From Nostoc sp. (GTDB taxonomy: Bacteria > Cyanobacteriota > Cyanobacteriia > Cyanobacteriales > Nostocaceae): DNA of 64,000 bases. The position numbers were made by a program, and so were the translations under genes. The notes below the pieces were generated by a model that was given only the letters and a program-made list of their open reading frames with translations, ran no database searches and had not been told where the DNA came from. This document shows positions 52,651-64,000 of this stretch, piece by piece (the first letter of the stretch is position 1; each line of letters starts with the position of its first letter). The DNA lies in assembly GCA_036918135.1 (NCBI GenBank), contig JBALDB010000015.1, positions 128,001 through 192,000 on the forward strand. The letters run 5' to 3'.

Positions 52651-52860
52651 ATGGAGACATTAGAGTTCATAATTTATCCAGATGGTCGGGTACAAGAAAA
52701 AGTCACTGGCATTGTGGGTGCTTCTTGCGCTGAGGTTACAGCAGCAATAGAAGCACAGCTGGGGCAAGTACTTAAGCAGGAGCCAACCTCAGAACACTTC
52801 GCCGCCAAGGTGCAGCAATCAAACGTGGCGAATACGCACACCACTTACAGCGATTGGTAA
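52651..52860 (+). CDS. DUF2997 family protein
   Basis: LEFIIYPDGRVQEKVTGIVGASC...IEAQLG. Confidence 0.85.
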   Translation: METLEFIIYPDGRVQEKVTGIVGASCAEVTAAIEAQLGQVLKQEPTSEHFAAKVQQSNVANTHTTYSDW

Positions 52861-52899
52861 GTTTTCACAGTAGTTTAGTGTCATTTAATTTAAACCACC

Positions 52900-53286
52900 A
52901 TGTCACACTTTAGCCAAATTAAGACTCAAATCCGTAACCTTGATTCTTTGAAAGATGCTCTGACTGAATTAGGTATAGACTGGAAACCAGGCCCACACGA
53001 AGTACGTGGCTATCGCGGTCAAACTCATCCTGCAGAAGTTAGCATTGAGCAGGAAAATGGCTACGACATCGGCTTTAAATGGAATGGCAAAGAATACGAG
53101 CTGGTGGCTGACTTGCAATATTGGCAGCAAAATCTTTCTGTGGATGGGTTCTTGCGCCAGGTAACACAGCGCTATGCTTACCAAACAGTGATGAAAGAAA
53201 CTGCTCGTGTTGGTTTTCAAGTCGCTGAAGAACAAAAAAATGAAGATGGTTCAATTCGCCTGGTAGTACAACGCTGGAGTGCGTAA
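52900..53286 (+). CDS. ycf35: DUF1257 / Ycf35 family protein
   Basis: MSHFSQIKT, DIGFKWNG and YELVADLQYW motifs. Confidence 0.85.
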   Translation: MSHFSQIKTQIRNLDSLKDALTELGIDWKPGPHEVRGYRGQTHPAEVSIEQENGYDIGFKWNGKEYELVADLQYWQQNLSVDGFLRQVTQRYAYQTVMKETARVGFQVAEEQKNEDGSIRLVVQRWSA

Positions 53287-53747
53287 TGGCTGATTTTTTG
53301 CCGTCGCTGGAAGAACAAGAAGAAAATCGTTCCGGTTTGGAACCAGAATTAGGGGGTTTTTTACGGGATGCCCCAGAACGTTCTGGTTTAGAACCGGAAT
53401 TGGGAGGTGTGCTTCGCCAAAACGGTGTTTATGTTGACGAAATCACCTGTATAGGTTGTAAGCACTGCGCTCATGTTGCGCGTAATACTTTTTACATTGA
53501 ACCAGATTATGGGCGATCGCGAGTAATTCGCCAAGATGGGGACGCCGAAGAAATTATCCAAGAAGCAATTGACACTTGTCCGGTTGATTGCATTCATTGG
53601 GTTGATTATACCGAACTCAAAAAGTTAGAAGAAGAGCGAAAATATCAGGTAATTCCTTTAGTGGGTTATCCGGTAGAACAGGCCGTTGCTGCTAGCGAAC
53701 GGCGACGTAAAAGGCAAAAGTTAAGAAGTAAAAAATCCCGTTATTAA
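53286..53747 (+). CDS. Ferredoxin (single Fe-S cluster type)
   Basis: VYVDEITCIGCKHC...CPVDCIHW. Confidence 0.88.
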   Translation: MADFLPSLEEQEENRSGLEPELGGFLRDAPERSGLEPELGGVLRQNGVYVDEITCIGCKHCAHVARNTFYIEPDYGRSRVIRQDGDAEEIIQEAIDTCPVDCIHWVDYTELKKLEEERKYQVIPLVGYPVEQAVAASERRRKRQKLRSKKSRY

Positions 53748-53773
53748 GATAAAAAACTTAAACGAATGTAATC

Positions 53774-53800
53774 AGGACTGGTACAACCAGTCCTTTTATT
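53774..53800 (+). terminator. Rho-independent terminator
   Basis: AGGACTGG-TACAA-CCAGTCCT followed by TTTATT. Confidence 0.75.
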
Positions 53801-53904
53801 ATTTGTTATTTTTGTAATTTGTAAAAAACAAAAAGATAAAACTCAAAAGAGTACTACATATAAATAAATTTATTTACTTGAGACTAATTTGATTCTTCTT
53901 TTTT

Positions 53905-53994
53905 TATAGAAGGAGGAAGAAGACAGTTCTTGCTGGAAGTAAAACTATTACTGTTCCTAACCTTGTCATTATGTCCTATGTGACTACGGCTATA
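53905..53994. repeat. Dispersed MITE-like repeat (copy 2, degenerate)
   Basis: Similar to 5545-5653. Confidence 0.55.
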
Positions 53995-54116
53995 ACTTTT
54001 AACTTTTGCCTTGTTTAGTGATATCTAGATAATCTGAAATAGGAATAAATATTATTCTTTGATATTCCTAAAACAGCTTTTTAATACAAAAAAATCAAAA
54101 GTTAATTTGGTTGCCT

Positions 54117-54401
54117 TTATTTAAAATTTAGAGGCTCGTGTTGTGAAAGCAATTTTTCTACTTTCGCCTCATCGATTCTAGCTGTTAATTTTTTAGTTTC
54201 GTACAAGTCTCTAGTGGTTTTTGCTAAAGTAAAAGTGGAGCCAACAGAAAAAGCCAAACCCATACCCATAAAGCCTTTCACCCAGTTATCCACAGGCAAA
54301 TGCACGATACCAAAGGTAGTCATAGAAATAGAAAGCATAAAAGCTGCCCATGTTTGAATAATCCAAGCTATACTATCTTTTTGAGTTCCAACTGTTTGCA
54401 T
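54117..54401 (-). CDS. YiaA/YiaB family inner membrane protein
   Basis: Two TM helices; WVKGFMGMG and TLAKTTRD motifs. Confidence 0.8.
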   Translation of the reverse strand: MQTVGTQKDSIAWIIQTWAAFMLSISMTTFGIVHLPVDNWVKGFMGMGLAFSVGSTFTLAKTTRDLYETKKLTARIDEAKVEKLLSQHEPLNFK

Positions 54402-54848
54402 ATTCTCTACCTTTTGTCTAAGTAATTGATAGCAATTATTCAAAATAATTCAGTCGCCATAATTCAAAATTTATCATCAATTAGTGAATAATTTAGACCA
54501 GTCACTAATTGAAAACACATAAATCTTTTTTCTGAGAGCTGCACCAACGATTTAGTAAGAGTACAAAAGTGCGGTTTGTTCATACCCCATACAAAAGTTT
54601 TACTTAATTATTTTTTTAATTAAGAAGTTTCGTATTAAACCGGAGTTTTCAGAGATGTATTTTGTATTTTTATTTTGGATAATTGCTGTTAAAAATAATT
54701 GTATTGATTGGTAAGTTTACTGATATCAATAATCAGACCAGTTTGGTAACTGGACTCAAAAAGCCCAACTTCAGAGCAATTGGAGCAAATAAAAACTGGC
54801 ACAGGTATTGTACCAGTTACAAAAGTGGCAACACACGGATGAGTTTAC

Positions 54849-56453
54849 TTAATCATCAGGAAAAGTCTGTACCTTACCATCAGGACTGAGAACAACTCGA
54901 ATCCTGGCATTTTGTCCGCGTGTATTAGCAGAAACAAAAGGCTGACCAACTTCAGGCATCCCAGCACTATCCACGTATTCTCTTGCTGCTTTATTCAGAG
55001 GAAAAATTCGTTCAACTGTGCCATCAACACCGACTATTAAACTGTATTCTAATGTTTGTCTTAATCCCGTAGGTGGTTGCCAACGTTTTTTTATGTATTC
55101 TCTAGCTTCTGCTACTTGAGTTGTGTCAAATAATGTGCCTGTTGCCACTTCTCTGGATGTGGGAGTTTTGCGTTCATCCCCTAATCGATCGACAAATGGA
55201 TTAGGATTGGCGGTCCCAGATGAGGGCACTTCTGAGGAGGGTTTATTCCTAGAAGCTGCTTGCAGGGCACTGATTGTTTCGTCCAGTTGTTGTGAACTTA
55301 ATGGAGAGGGTTGGATGGGAATATTGCCACGGCTATTATTGGGTATAGTGGCAACGGAGGGGGGGACTACTGGTGAGATATTGGGTGATAAGTTGTTTGT
55401 AGTAGAAGATAGACCAGATGGTAAATTCCGCCTTTTAGGGAGAGCATCGGCTTGAGGATTTGAGGCTGTGAGATTTTGTCCGAGATTTGGTAGTATGGCG
55501 ATTTCCTGTCCGGGAATTTTACTGGATGGTGCGATTGCTGAATTCTTGGGAACGGTTGGAGTCGTCTCTTGAGGTATAGTCAGTGCATTTGGTAATACAG
55601 GTGGTGCTGTAGAAATACTTGAACCAGGGGATGCTAAAGGTGTTTGAGGCAAACTAGATGTCCGCAGTGGAGGGGTGGAACCGAGCAAATTATCTGCTGG
55701 GGTAGTGAGTCCAGGCTGAGGTGTGGGAAAGGCTAGTGAAGGTGAAGGTTCTAAAGCAGTCTTGACCTCTGTTGAATCTGCTGTTTTAACTGTCCGCTGT
55801 TCTTTTTGCCTGATATTATTGGCATATTGCCAGGTAACTGGTAAGAAGCCCACAGCTAATACTAATATTGCGGCAACAGGTGCCCAAGCAGGGAAGCTCA
55901 TATCTGAACTCCTACTGTTGAGAGTTGGTAGTGCCATGACATCGGTTGAGTATTCGTCTAAAGCAGTTGCCAAATCGAATAGTTGCAACAAACTTAGTTG
56001 AATCACCGAGGCAGATGTTTGGTTAGCAAGAGAACCAAGAAATAAATTGTGAGTTAAATAGCTGCTGGGTTCTAAATGTATACTTACCGCTGAAATTCGG
56101 GCACTAGAAGAATTTAATGTTTTTGTTGATAGTTGTAATTCTGGCTCATCCAGTGCTGTGCTTGATTGTTGGGAACCTGAGAAACTGACCCAAAAGCTTT
56201 CTGGAGACTGTTGGAGGAATTGTTGTACATAGCTTGTAACTGCATCAGACAAAGCTTCCAGTTGATAGCGATCGCCCCGAATGGGAACTCTGTGTTCTTG
56301 TGGTAGCCGGGGATCGTCAAAACGCAGCTCGAAGCTGAGGTGCTTGAGGACAGTTTTCCCCATCCAACGGGACAAAGGTGAGCTTTGCGCGAATACTTCT
56401 AGCGTACAAGTAGGCGGTGTGTAGCGACGAATCACAGTATTTGATAGAGGCAT
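54849..56453 (-). CDS. DUF4335 domain protein
   Basis: RRYTPPTCTLE and QLFDLATALD motifs; TM segment, Pro/Ser-rich linker, C-terminal RWQPP..LEY. Confidence 0.78.
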   Translation of the reverse strand: MPLSNTVIRRYTPPTCTLEVFAQSSPLSRWMGKTVLKHLSFELRFDDPRLPQEHRVPIRGDRYQLEALSDAVTSYVQQFLQQSPESFWVSFSGSQQSSTALDEPELQLSTKTLNSSSARISAVSIHLEPSSYLTHNLFLGSLANQTSASVIQLSLLQLFDLATALDEYSTDVMALPTLNSRSSDMSFPAWAPVAAILVLAVGFLPVTWQYANNIRQKEQRTVKTADSTEVKTALEPSPSLAFPTPQPGLTTPADNLLGSTPPLRTSSLPQTPLASPGSSISTAPPVLPNALTIPQETTPTVPKNSAIAPSSKIPGQEIAILPNLGQNLTASNPQADALPKRRNLPSGLSSTTNNLSPNISPVVPPSVATIPNNSRGNIPIQPSPLSSQQLDETISALQAASRNKPSSEVPSSGTANPNPFVDRLGDERKTPTSREVATGTLFDTTQVAEAREYIKKRWQPPTGLRQTLEYSLIVGVDGTVERIFPLNKAAREYVDSAGMPEVGQPFVSANTRGQNARIRVVLSPDGKVQTFPDD

Positions 56454-56707
56454 AGCAGGAAGTAGCAAGGAAGACTATTTGGGATTTTGCGTTTGCGTAG
56501 CGTGTCAAAGACAAAAGTTGAGTTAGTTGTTGGTAAATAAAAGTTGTGACTCAGAAGTTTAGAAGATTCTTTTTTTTGTAAACTGATGTGCAAGGAAGAA
56601 CTAATGTTGATAGCGCATTGCCCAAGGGCTAGCCAGCGCGATCGGGGTTTCTTGACCTAGCAAACTTACATCGGCAAATTTTGGTTAACGAATCTCAAAT
56701 GTCAAAT

Positions 56708-57313
56708 TTAAAATTTTGTAGAACGGTCTATAAGTGCTAGCCAAAGACGGCGATGCCCACCAGGGGCGCTGTAAAAAAGTAAATCTACAAGCAGTTTTAG
56801 TGCCAGGTTAGTAAGTAAATCCGTTGAGATTTGCTCGTCCTCTTCCATCCGTTCTTGGTAAGTGTTGCAAAAAGCATCAATATAATCTCCAAGTAAAGCA
56901 GCCTGGTGAGGTTCCCGGTTACTTTCTGCCATTTGTTCTAACAAACCAACAGCGCGGCGAATCAATTCCTGGTTCTGTCTGGCTAAGTAGCAGGTGATAA
57001 GAACAAGCGATCGCGCTTCTTCTACATCTAGCTTTTTTCGCCCTCCTTGACCTTTGCGTAGCGGATTTGATTGGCGCAGTCGCCATAAAGCTACGCGGTC
57101 TGGCACTCTTGACTCTAAATTCAAATCAGTTGCCGCCGAAAGCATAGCCTCAGAACCAATTCCAGTTAAGGTTTCTAGCGCCAACAGCACCAAGTCTAAT
57201 TGGGTTTTGATATTGTCCCATTGAACCGTGTTTGGAGCTGGAAGCTTGATTAAATCCTCCCACTGGGCATTTGGAGTGGCTGAGTTGGTGGCCGAGTGCA
57301 TAACTTTTAGCAT
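56708..57313 (-). CDS. DUF3038 family protein
   Basis: LDLVLLALE, LWRLRQSNPLR and LLFYS...G..RLW motifs. Confidence 0.82.
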   Translation of the reverse strand: MLKVMHSATNSATPNAQWEDLIKLPAPNTVQWDNIKTQLDLVLLALETLTGIGSEAMLSAATDLNLESRVPDRVALWRLRQSNPLRKGQGGRKKLDVEEARSLVLITCYLARQNQELIRRAVGLLEQMAESNREPHQAALLGDYIDAFCNTYQERMEEDEQISTDLLTNLALKLLVDLLFYSAPGGHRRLWLALIDRSTKF

Positions 57314-58110
57314 AGGTGATCAAGCTGATGGGGAATGGTGCTGTTACCCATTTTGAAACCAGACTCTCAATAATTAAAGTTGGTTTCCTATCGCTATGAG
57401 CCAGAGGCTGCATCTAGCTTTTATTTAGTCAACAGCAGGTATCTTTGTCCTACTCTAGATGAAAATTAATTTTCTACAAAGTAGAAGATTAATAATTCCA
57501 GTTAAGGTTTACCCGATTTTGGCTGCCAGCTCAGTACAAAAGTATAAATAAATATTGTTAAGAATGCTAATGTCATTGGAAAGAGGATAGGCAGACAAGA
57601 GGAATTACGGATAAAAATACAAGTCACGACTTGCCAGCTTGGGGCGATAGAGTAGCGATTCGTCTTGTCTACGTACTCTTACACATAAGCAAGCTAGCAA
57701 GAGCGTCTGTCTATAAGTATGCCATCTTATAGGGTACAGAACTTCTCGGATACCATACGCTCTTGCTAATGGGGGAAAGAATTATTGAAGTTATGCCCCA
57801 CTTGCCACTCCTGTTTTAAACTGGGCAATAACCCAGCAACTTTTGTTTAATACTTCTTTCCTCCTGCCTCCTGCCTTCTTTTGCAATGAACAACAATCGC
57901 AGATGGGAAAATCACAAGTAGGGGAAAATACCACTTTTACAAGACGTGAACACCGATCTAGGCGATCCCTTTGTTGTTTTTACAATATCGATTAAGAAGA
58001 AAAATTTTCCTTTGCTTGGAGTCTAACTTACGGCAAGCCACTGGGGTTTGAGGTCAGCGGCGCTTTGCACGTTTATAGATGTCTAATGCGGTTCGTTCCT
58101 CTAAAAACCT

Positions 58111-60729
58111 ATGCAACCTACTAATCCTAACCAATTTACAGAAAAAGCCTGGGAAGCGATCGCCCACACACCGGATATTGTCAAACAATACCAACAACAG
58201 CAAATTGAAAGCGAACATTTGCTCAAAGCCCTGCTAGAACAAGATGGTCTAGCCAGCAGTGTTTTGACGAAAGCCAATGTTAACTTGCAAAAACTGCGCG
58301 ATCGTACTGACCAATTTATCCAACGTCAGCCGAGAGTATCTGGAACCAGCACTTCCGTCTTTTTAGGACGCAGCTTGGATACACTTTTAGACCGCGCAGA
58401 CGAATATCGCCAGGAATTTCAAGACGAATATATTTCAATTGAACATTTATTGCTGGCTTATGCTAAAGATGAGCGTTTTGGCAAAGCTTTATTTCAAGAA
58501 TTTGGTTTAAACGAAGCCAAACTAAAAAATATTATTAAGCAAATTCGTGGGAGCCAAAAAGTGACCGACCAAAATCCAGAAGGCAAATATGAAGCACTGG
58601 AAAAATATGGACGTGACCTCACAGAAGCAGCCCGGAAAGGTCAACTCGATCCAGTAATTGGGCGGGATGATGAAATTCGTCGCACTGTACAAATTCTCTC
58701 TCGTCGCACTAAGAATAACCCCGTATTAATTGGTGAACCCGGTGTTGGAAAAACTGCGATCGCCGAAGGATTAGCACAGCGGATTGTTGCTGGTGATGTC
58801 CCGCAATCTCTCAAAGACCGCAAGCTAATCGCTTTAGATATGGGCGCTTTAATTGCAGGGGCAAAATTCCGGGGTGAATTTGAAGAACGTCTAAAAGCAG
58901 TATTAAAAGAAGTTACCGAATCTGGCGGCAATATTGTTTTATTTATTGATGAAATTCATACTGTTGTCGGTGCTGGTGCTACCCAAGGGGCAATGGATGC
59001 TGGTAACTTGTTAAAACCAATGTTGGCGCGGGGCGAATTGCGCTGTATTGGGGCGACAACCTTGGATGAATATCGCAAATATATTGAAAAAGATGCGGCA
59101 CTAGAAAGACGTTTCCAGCAGGTTTATGTCGATCAGCCCAGTGTGGAAGATGCAATTTCGATTTTGCGTGGCTTGAGAGAACGTTATGAAAACCACCACG
59201 GGGTGAAGATTTCTGATAGTGCTTTAGTTGCAGCGGCAATATTATCGAGTCGTTATATTAGCGATCGCTTTTTACCAGATAAAGCTATTGACTTAGTAGA
59301 TGAAGCTGCCGCTAAATTAAAAATGGAGATTACTTCCAAGCCAGAAGAACTTGACGAAATTGACCGCAAGATTCTGCAATTGGAAATGGAGAAGTTATCA
59401 CTACAAAAAGAAAGCGATCTAGCTTCTCGCGAACGTCTCGAGAGATTGGAAAAAGAAATTGCTGACCTGAAAGAAGAACAAAGTTCTCTGAATGCTCAAT
59501 GGCAATCTGAAAAAGATATTATTAACAAAATTCAGTCTGTTAAAAAAGACATTGAACGCGTTAACTTCGAGATTGAACAAGCAGAACGTGACTACAACCT
59601 CAACCGAGCCGCGGAGTTAAAATATGGTAAATTAACCGATTTACACCGCAAATTAGAAGCAGCAGAAAGTGAATTAGCAAATGTTCAAAGAAGCGGCAAA
59701 TCTCTGTTGCGTGAGGAAGTAACCGAAGGCGACATCGCTGAAGTTATTTCTAAATGGACAGGAATTCCGATTAGCAAGTTGGTGGAATCAGAAAAAGAAA
59801 AACTGCTGCATTTAGAAGACGAACTGCACCGTCGCGTGATTGGACAAGAAGAAGCAGTCACAGCCGTAGCCGATGCAATTCAGCGATCGCGTGCTGGATT
59901 AGCCGATCCCAATCGTCCCATCGCTAGCTTTATTTTCCTCGGGCCGACGGGTGTAGGTAAAACTGAATTGGCAAAAGCCCTGGCGGCGTATATGTTCGAT
60001 ACTGAAGAGGCGCTAGTACGAATCGATATGTCGGAATATATGGAGAAACACGCTGTTTCTCGGTTAATCGGTGCGCCTCCAGGATATGTGGGTTATGAAG
60101 AAGGCGGACAATTAACCGAAGCGATTCGTCGTCGTCCTTATGCCGTGATTCTCTTCGACGAAATCGAGAAAGCACACCCCGATGTGTTTAACATCTTCCT
60201 GCAAATTCTTGATGATGGTCGCGTCACTGATGCCCAAGGTCATACTGTGGACTTCAAGAACGCTATTATCATTATGACTAGCAATATCGGTTCTCAGTAT
60301 ATTCTCGATGTTGCTGCCGATAACGCCCACTACGACGAAATGCGCCGTCGCGTAATGGAGGCGATGCGAAATAGTTTCCGTCCAGAATTCCTCAACCGGA
60401 TTGACGAAATCATTATCTTCCACGGTTTGAATAAGCAGGAATTACGGCAAATTGTGCAGTTGCAAGTGGAAAGATTACGCCAACGATTGGGCGATCGCAA
60501 AATTTCTCTCAAACTCTCTAATGCTGCCCTTGACTTTTTAGCAGAAGTAGGATACGATCCAGTATTTGGAGCGCGTCCTTTGAAGCGAGCGATTCAACGG
60601 GAGTTAGAAACGCAAATTGCCAAAGCCATCTTGCGCGGCGAATTCAACGACGGCGACACTATCTTTGTAGACGTGCAAAATGAAAGGTTGTCCTTTAGCC
60701 GTTTACCAGCTGAGGTATTTACTGCATAA
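58111..60729 (+). CDS. clpB: ATP-dependent chaperone ClpB
   Basis: Two AAA+ modules ([16 protein letters not shown]), middle coiled coil, GARP. Confidence 0.97.
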   Translation: MQPTNPNQFTEKAWEAIAHTPDIVKQYQQQQIESEHLLKALLEQDGLASSVLTKANVNLQKLRDRTDQFIQRQPRVSGTSTSVFLGRSLDTLLDRADEYRQEFQDEYISIEHLLLAYAKDERFGKALFQEFGLNEAKLKNIIKQIRGSQKVTDQNPEGKYEALEKYGRDLTEAARKGQLDPVIGRDDEIRRTVQILSRRTKNNPVLIGEPGVGKTAIAEGLAQRIVAGDVPQSLKDRKLIALDMGALIAGAKFRGEFEERLKAVLKEVTESGGNIVLFIDEIHTVVGAGATQGAMDAGNLLKPMLARGELRCIGATTLDEYRKYIEKDAALERRFQQVYVDQPSVEDAISILRGLRERYENHHGVKISDSALVAAAILSSRYISDRFLPDKAIDLVDEAAAKLKMEITSKPEELDEIDRKILQLEMEKLSLQKESDLASRERLERLEKEIADLKEEQSSLNAQWQSEKDIINKIQSVKKDIERVNFEIEQAERDYNLNRAAELKYGKLTDLHRKLEAAESELANVQRSGKSLLREEVTEGDIAEVISKWTGIPISKLVESEKEKLLHLEDELHRRVIGQEEAVTAVADAIQRSRAGLADPNRPIASFIFLGPTGVGKTELAKALAAYMFDTEEALVRIDMSEYMEKHAVSRLIGAPPGYVGYEEGGQLTEAIRRRPYAVILFDEIEKAHPDVFNIFLQILDDGRVTDAQGHTVDFKNAIIIMTSNIGSQYILDVAADNAHYDEMRRRVMEAMRNSFRPEFLNRIDEIIIFHGLNKQELRQIVQLQVERLRQRLGDRKISLKLSNAALDFLAEVGYDPVFGARPLKRAIQRELETQIAKAILRGEFNDGDTIFVDVQNERLSFSRLPAEVFTA

Positions 60730-60747
60730 TTAGACCTCATAAATTCT

Positions 60748-60788
60748 ATTCAAAAACCCGTTTTCTGATAAAAAGCGGGTTTTTGAAT
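60748..60788 (+). terminator. Rho-independent terminator after clpB
   Basis: ATTCAAAAACCCG...CGGGTTTTTGAAT hairpin. Confidence 0.75.
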
Positions 60789-60890
60789 TATCTAATGGGA
60801 AGTGGGAATCTTAAATTATGTTCATCAAAGGAATTGGGAATTAGGAAAACTCTTTTCCAATTCTCATTCACTTTTACAAGGTGATAACTA

Positions 60891-61760
60891 ATGATTAGTA
60901 TAATTACACCAGTTTATAACGGTGAGAAATTTATAGAATCTTGTCTTCAAGTTGTCATTCAACAAAATTTTTCGGAAGTCGAGCATATCATTGTCGATGG
61001 CGGCTCAACTGATAAAACAATAGATATTATCAAACATTATGCCAATCAATATTCTCATATTCGCTGGATTTCTGAAAAAGACCGAGGACAGTCAGATGCG
61101 ATGAATAAAGGAATTTCTCTAGCACAAAAAGCAATTATAGGCGTTTTGAATGTTGATGATTTCTATGAACCAAACGTTATTCGTCGCATCTGGGAACTTT
61201 TTCAAACTCTACCAGTACCTAGTTTAATTGTTGGTAATTGTAATATCTGGGATCGCCGAGACAAGTTAATTCAGGTGAACAAACCTAAACGACTACGAGC
61301 AGTTGATTTCCTGATGGAAAAGCAGATTAATGATGAGAAAATTATTGATACTGCTTATCCTGTCAATCCATCAGCTTACTTTTACCATAAATCTTTGCAT
61401 GAACAAATTGGAGTATACAAAGTTGAAGAGCATTATCTGATGGATTTAGATTTTCTGCTGAAAGCAGTTAAAGTAGCTCATGTCAAATATTTTAATGAAA
61501 CTTGGGGAAATTATAGATATTATCCTGGAACGAAAACTTTTGACGATACTACAAATGGAACAAGTCAAACGCGAATTCGACAGTTATTTAAGGAGTATGT
61601 TAAAACACTTTCTTTAATTGAGCAATGGGAGATACGTTTGGCTCAAATTATGATTTTTATTTCCTTAAGAATTTTTTATTTTTGTAAGTATCCGCAACGA
61701 TTACCTCAATCGACGATTAATCGATTGATGAAATCAATTTCGTATTTCAAGACTAAATAA
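60891..61760 (+). CDS. Glycosyltransferase family 2
   Basis: ISIITPVYN, VDGGSTD, GQSDAMNKG and LNVDD motifs. Confidence 0.9.
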   Translation: MISIITPVYNGEKFIESCLQVVIQQNFSEVEHIIVDGGSTDKTIDIIKHYANQYSHIRWISEKDRGQSDAMNKGISLAQKAIIGVLNVDDFYEPNVIRRIWELFQTLPVPSLIVGNCNIWDRRDKLIQVNKPKRLRAVDFLMEKQINDEKIIDTAYPVNPSAYFYHKSLHEQIGVYKVEEHYLMDLDFLLKAVKVAHVKYFNETWGNYRYYPGTKTFDDTTNGTSQTRIRQLFKEYVKTLSLIEQWEIRLAQIMIFISLRIFYFCKYPQRLPQSTINRLMKSISYFKTK

Positions 61761-62200
61761 GAAGTATTGGAAGCACAGCACACAGTAGAATTAATAATTC
61801 TGCTATTTATCGTGCGTTGAGTCGAGTAAGAAACTTTTATTTACTTCTCTGTGAGACGCTCTTGCTAGCTTAGTAAAGAGAAAAAGTAGGAGCTATCGGC
61901 TCTTTAGTAACTGCCTCTTGAGAATTGGGAATTAAAACAGATTTTATATTTGGCTACCGAACTAACTTTATAACTTCACTTATACTAATTCAATTAATGA
62001 TTGCAACATTTCGTTGATTCAATATACGATGAATCACGTCTTTACAGATGGGCTACTTCTCACACTCTTTTTTAAAATTGGTATTATTTTGAAACCCACT
62101 GTATCTTATTGATATATATTGATTTAAGTATTAATAATTATAAGTCAAGGCTATAGGAACTAAGTCCGCTAGGCGGACTTAGCGAAAATTTAGATAATGT

Positions 62201-62767
62201 CTAAATTTTTGATTGATTCTTACACATAACTTGTCGCATTTTACGCATATTTGCTGGTAATTCAAAATTCATTGCTTGTTGAATAAAAATTGATGGAATC
62301 GGGATATTAGGCGTAGCTTGCACAGTATAAGCTAGTAAAGTGCCATTACCGCAATCTTTAAGTTCTAAATGAGCGTTAAAATCCTCAAAAGTCCCTTTTT
62401 CCATGCGAAATTGGATTTGTTGCCCTAGTACCTCTACAACATTCAGATAAATTTCTACTTGAGCCGTGAAAAACAGAAAGGCTTTTTGTGCTGCTTGATA
62501 CAAACGCTTGACTTCACCTCGATGTATTACTTCGCTCTTGGTGATATCAGGAAAATACTGCACCCAGCGAGGGTAATCGGTTAATTGCTGCCAGACTTGC
62601 GATCGCACCATTGGTACATACATCCAAGCGGTGACAGCGCCACCGCACGCCTTGTGCGATCGCGTTTCTACTAAAATTTCACCTTGTACCAGCAACCTTT
62701 GCTTGTCTTGACTCCAAGCCATATTTGAACCTGCAATAATTGAGTTTAATATATCAGACGCAGACAT
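62201..62767 (-). CDS. SRPBCC / polyketide cyclase-dehydrase family protein
   Basis: VWQQLTDY...FPDITKS, START-like fold pattern. Confidence 0.8.
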   Translation of the reverse strand: MSASDILNSIIAGSNMAWSQDKQRLLVQGEILVETRSHKACGGAVTAWMYVPMVRSQVWQQLTDYPRWVQYFPDITKSEVIHRGEVKRLYQAAQKAFLFFTAQVEIYLNVVEVLGQQIQFRMEKGTFEDFNAHLELKDCGNGTLLAYTVQATPNIPIPSIFIQQAMNFELPANMRKMRQVMCKNQSKI

Positions 62768-63358
62768 AATGATTTCGTTTACTCCTCAACTCATCCATCT
62801 AACAACGTTAAAACTACAAGCTATGAAAACTTAACACTTATGAGTTTTGTTCCTTGGGTAAAAGTTCCCGATAAAAGTTGGGGGTAAGCATTAATCCCAG
62901 GTTTAAATCTCCCACTATACGCCTCTTTAACTGTTTGCTGTTTCCTGTTCACTGATTTGATTGAGATCCAACCCACTAAATTTTAGTTCCAGTTTAGTAT
63001 TTGTTCTTTCCGGAAATAATAATTTATTGATAATTATTTCAGTCAGTTTACTGGAAAAACTGTGTTTACGATCGCACTTAACACAATCAACACTTAAGTA
63101 AATATTGCTTAAAGCAACTTACTAAATAAAAATAAAGTTTTTAACAGCTAAAATGGCACAAACACGAGATGATATCAAGCACCAGGACTAATTTTAGAAG
63201 TTTACCTGGTAGAGACTTTCTTTCACCTTTGGGGACTTTTAGTGGCTAACGTCTGCTAATCTCTGCGTGTTATTTCTGATGAAACTGCAATTTCATCGTA
63301 TCTTCATACCTGAATGTCAATACTAAATTTAACGTGTGTTAGTTGAGAGGAAAATTAA

Positions 63359-63553
63359 GTGAGTCAATCTTCTTTAAATCGTAGATTAATCCAAATTGTC
63401 GGTATCCTTCTGGGGATGAGTGTAGCCGTTTGGGTACTCAGAGGCTTTGGTATTCTTACTTTTATTCCAGGTGGAATTATTTGGCTACTATTACTTGGGG
63501 CGATCGCGATCGGGATTATCAGTTATGCTCAAAGAACTTGGTGGCGTTTTTAA
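63359..63553 (+). CDS. Small hypothetical membrane protein
   Basis: GTG after a GAGG RBS; two TM segments. Confidence 0.65.
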   Translation: MSQSSLNRRLIQIVGILLGMSVAVWVLRGFGILTFIPGGIIWLLLLGAIAIGIISYAQRTWWRF

Positions 63554-63746
63554 TTATTGGGCATTCGGAGTAGAGACTTGGGTTAACCCAAGTCTTTCCA
63601 AGAGTTAAGAGCAAAGCCACAGACGTTAGGGTTGCTCTGGTTAAGAATAATTTTTCCTCTGGCTTTTTGCTCTCTCATTTCCCCTACTCCCCACTTCCTC
63701 TGTTATCTTTAGGTTTTTCGACTTTAAATTAACTTAGTACCTGCTG

Positions 63747-64000
63747 ATGGAAGCTTCTGAGCTGTTAGAAACAATTACACTCCTAATTCATCAAGCCCAG
63801 CAGGGGGAAATTGACCCTTGGGATGTGCAAGTGATTGAGGTGATTGACCGTTACTTAGAACTAATGGCACCACAGACAATAAAAAAAGGCTATGAAGCAG
63901 ACTTATCTCAATCTGGACAAGCCTTTTTATCCGCGTCAATGCTGGTATTATTCAAGGCTAATACTTTAATACAATTGTCAACAGTAGAAGAAGAAAAATA
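63747..64000 (+). CDS. scpA: Segregation/condensation protein A, 5' part (absent from ORF track)
   Basis: MEASELLETITLLIHQAQQGEIDPWDVQVIEVIDRYL...LSQSGQAFLSASMLVLFKA. Confidence 0.85.
   Translation, partial: MEASELLETITLLIHQAQQGEIDPWDVQVIEVIDRYLELMAPQTIKKGYEADLSQSGQAFLSASMLVLFKANTLIQLSTVEEEK

Overview
This is a chromosomal window from a heterocyst-forming cyanobacterium (Nostoc-like), judged from abundant HIP1 octamers (GCGATCGC), STRR heptamer repeats, patN, a HetZ-like gene and a tRNA-Leu(UAA) with a group I intron. Most of it is core genome: yciO-like, larC, ndhL, trpA, patN, recJ, tatC, petCA, a GH57 enzyme, grpE-dnaK-dnaJ-tusA-rsgA, pilBTC, bioU, clpB and scpA. The most striking accessory feature is a 1,642-bp collapsed Tn7-like transposon (5788-7429) that ends 30 bp from the 3' end of the tRNA-Leu. 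It has perfect 24-bp TGT...ACA termini, seven TnsB-site-like repeats in an unusual arrangement, and only fragments of tnsB and tnsD/tniQ, with deletion junctions on or beside HIP1 sites. Other accessory content includes a P-loop ATPase plus STAND-WD40 gene pair, two small toxin-antitoxin/Uma2 islands with several decayed genes, a glycine-zipper protein, a solo Cas4/AddB-like nuclease, an orphan P450 and several MITE/REP/SDR repeats. No CRISPR array or rRNA was seen. Family assignments come from motif recognition, not database searches.
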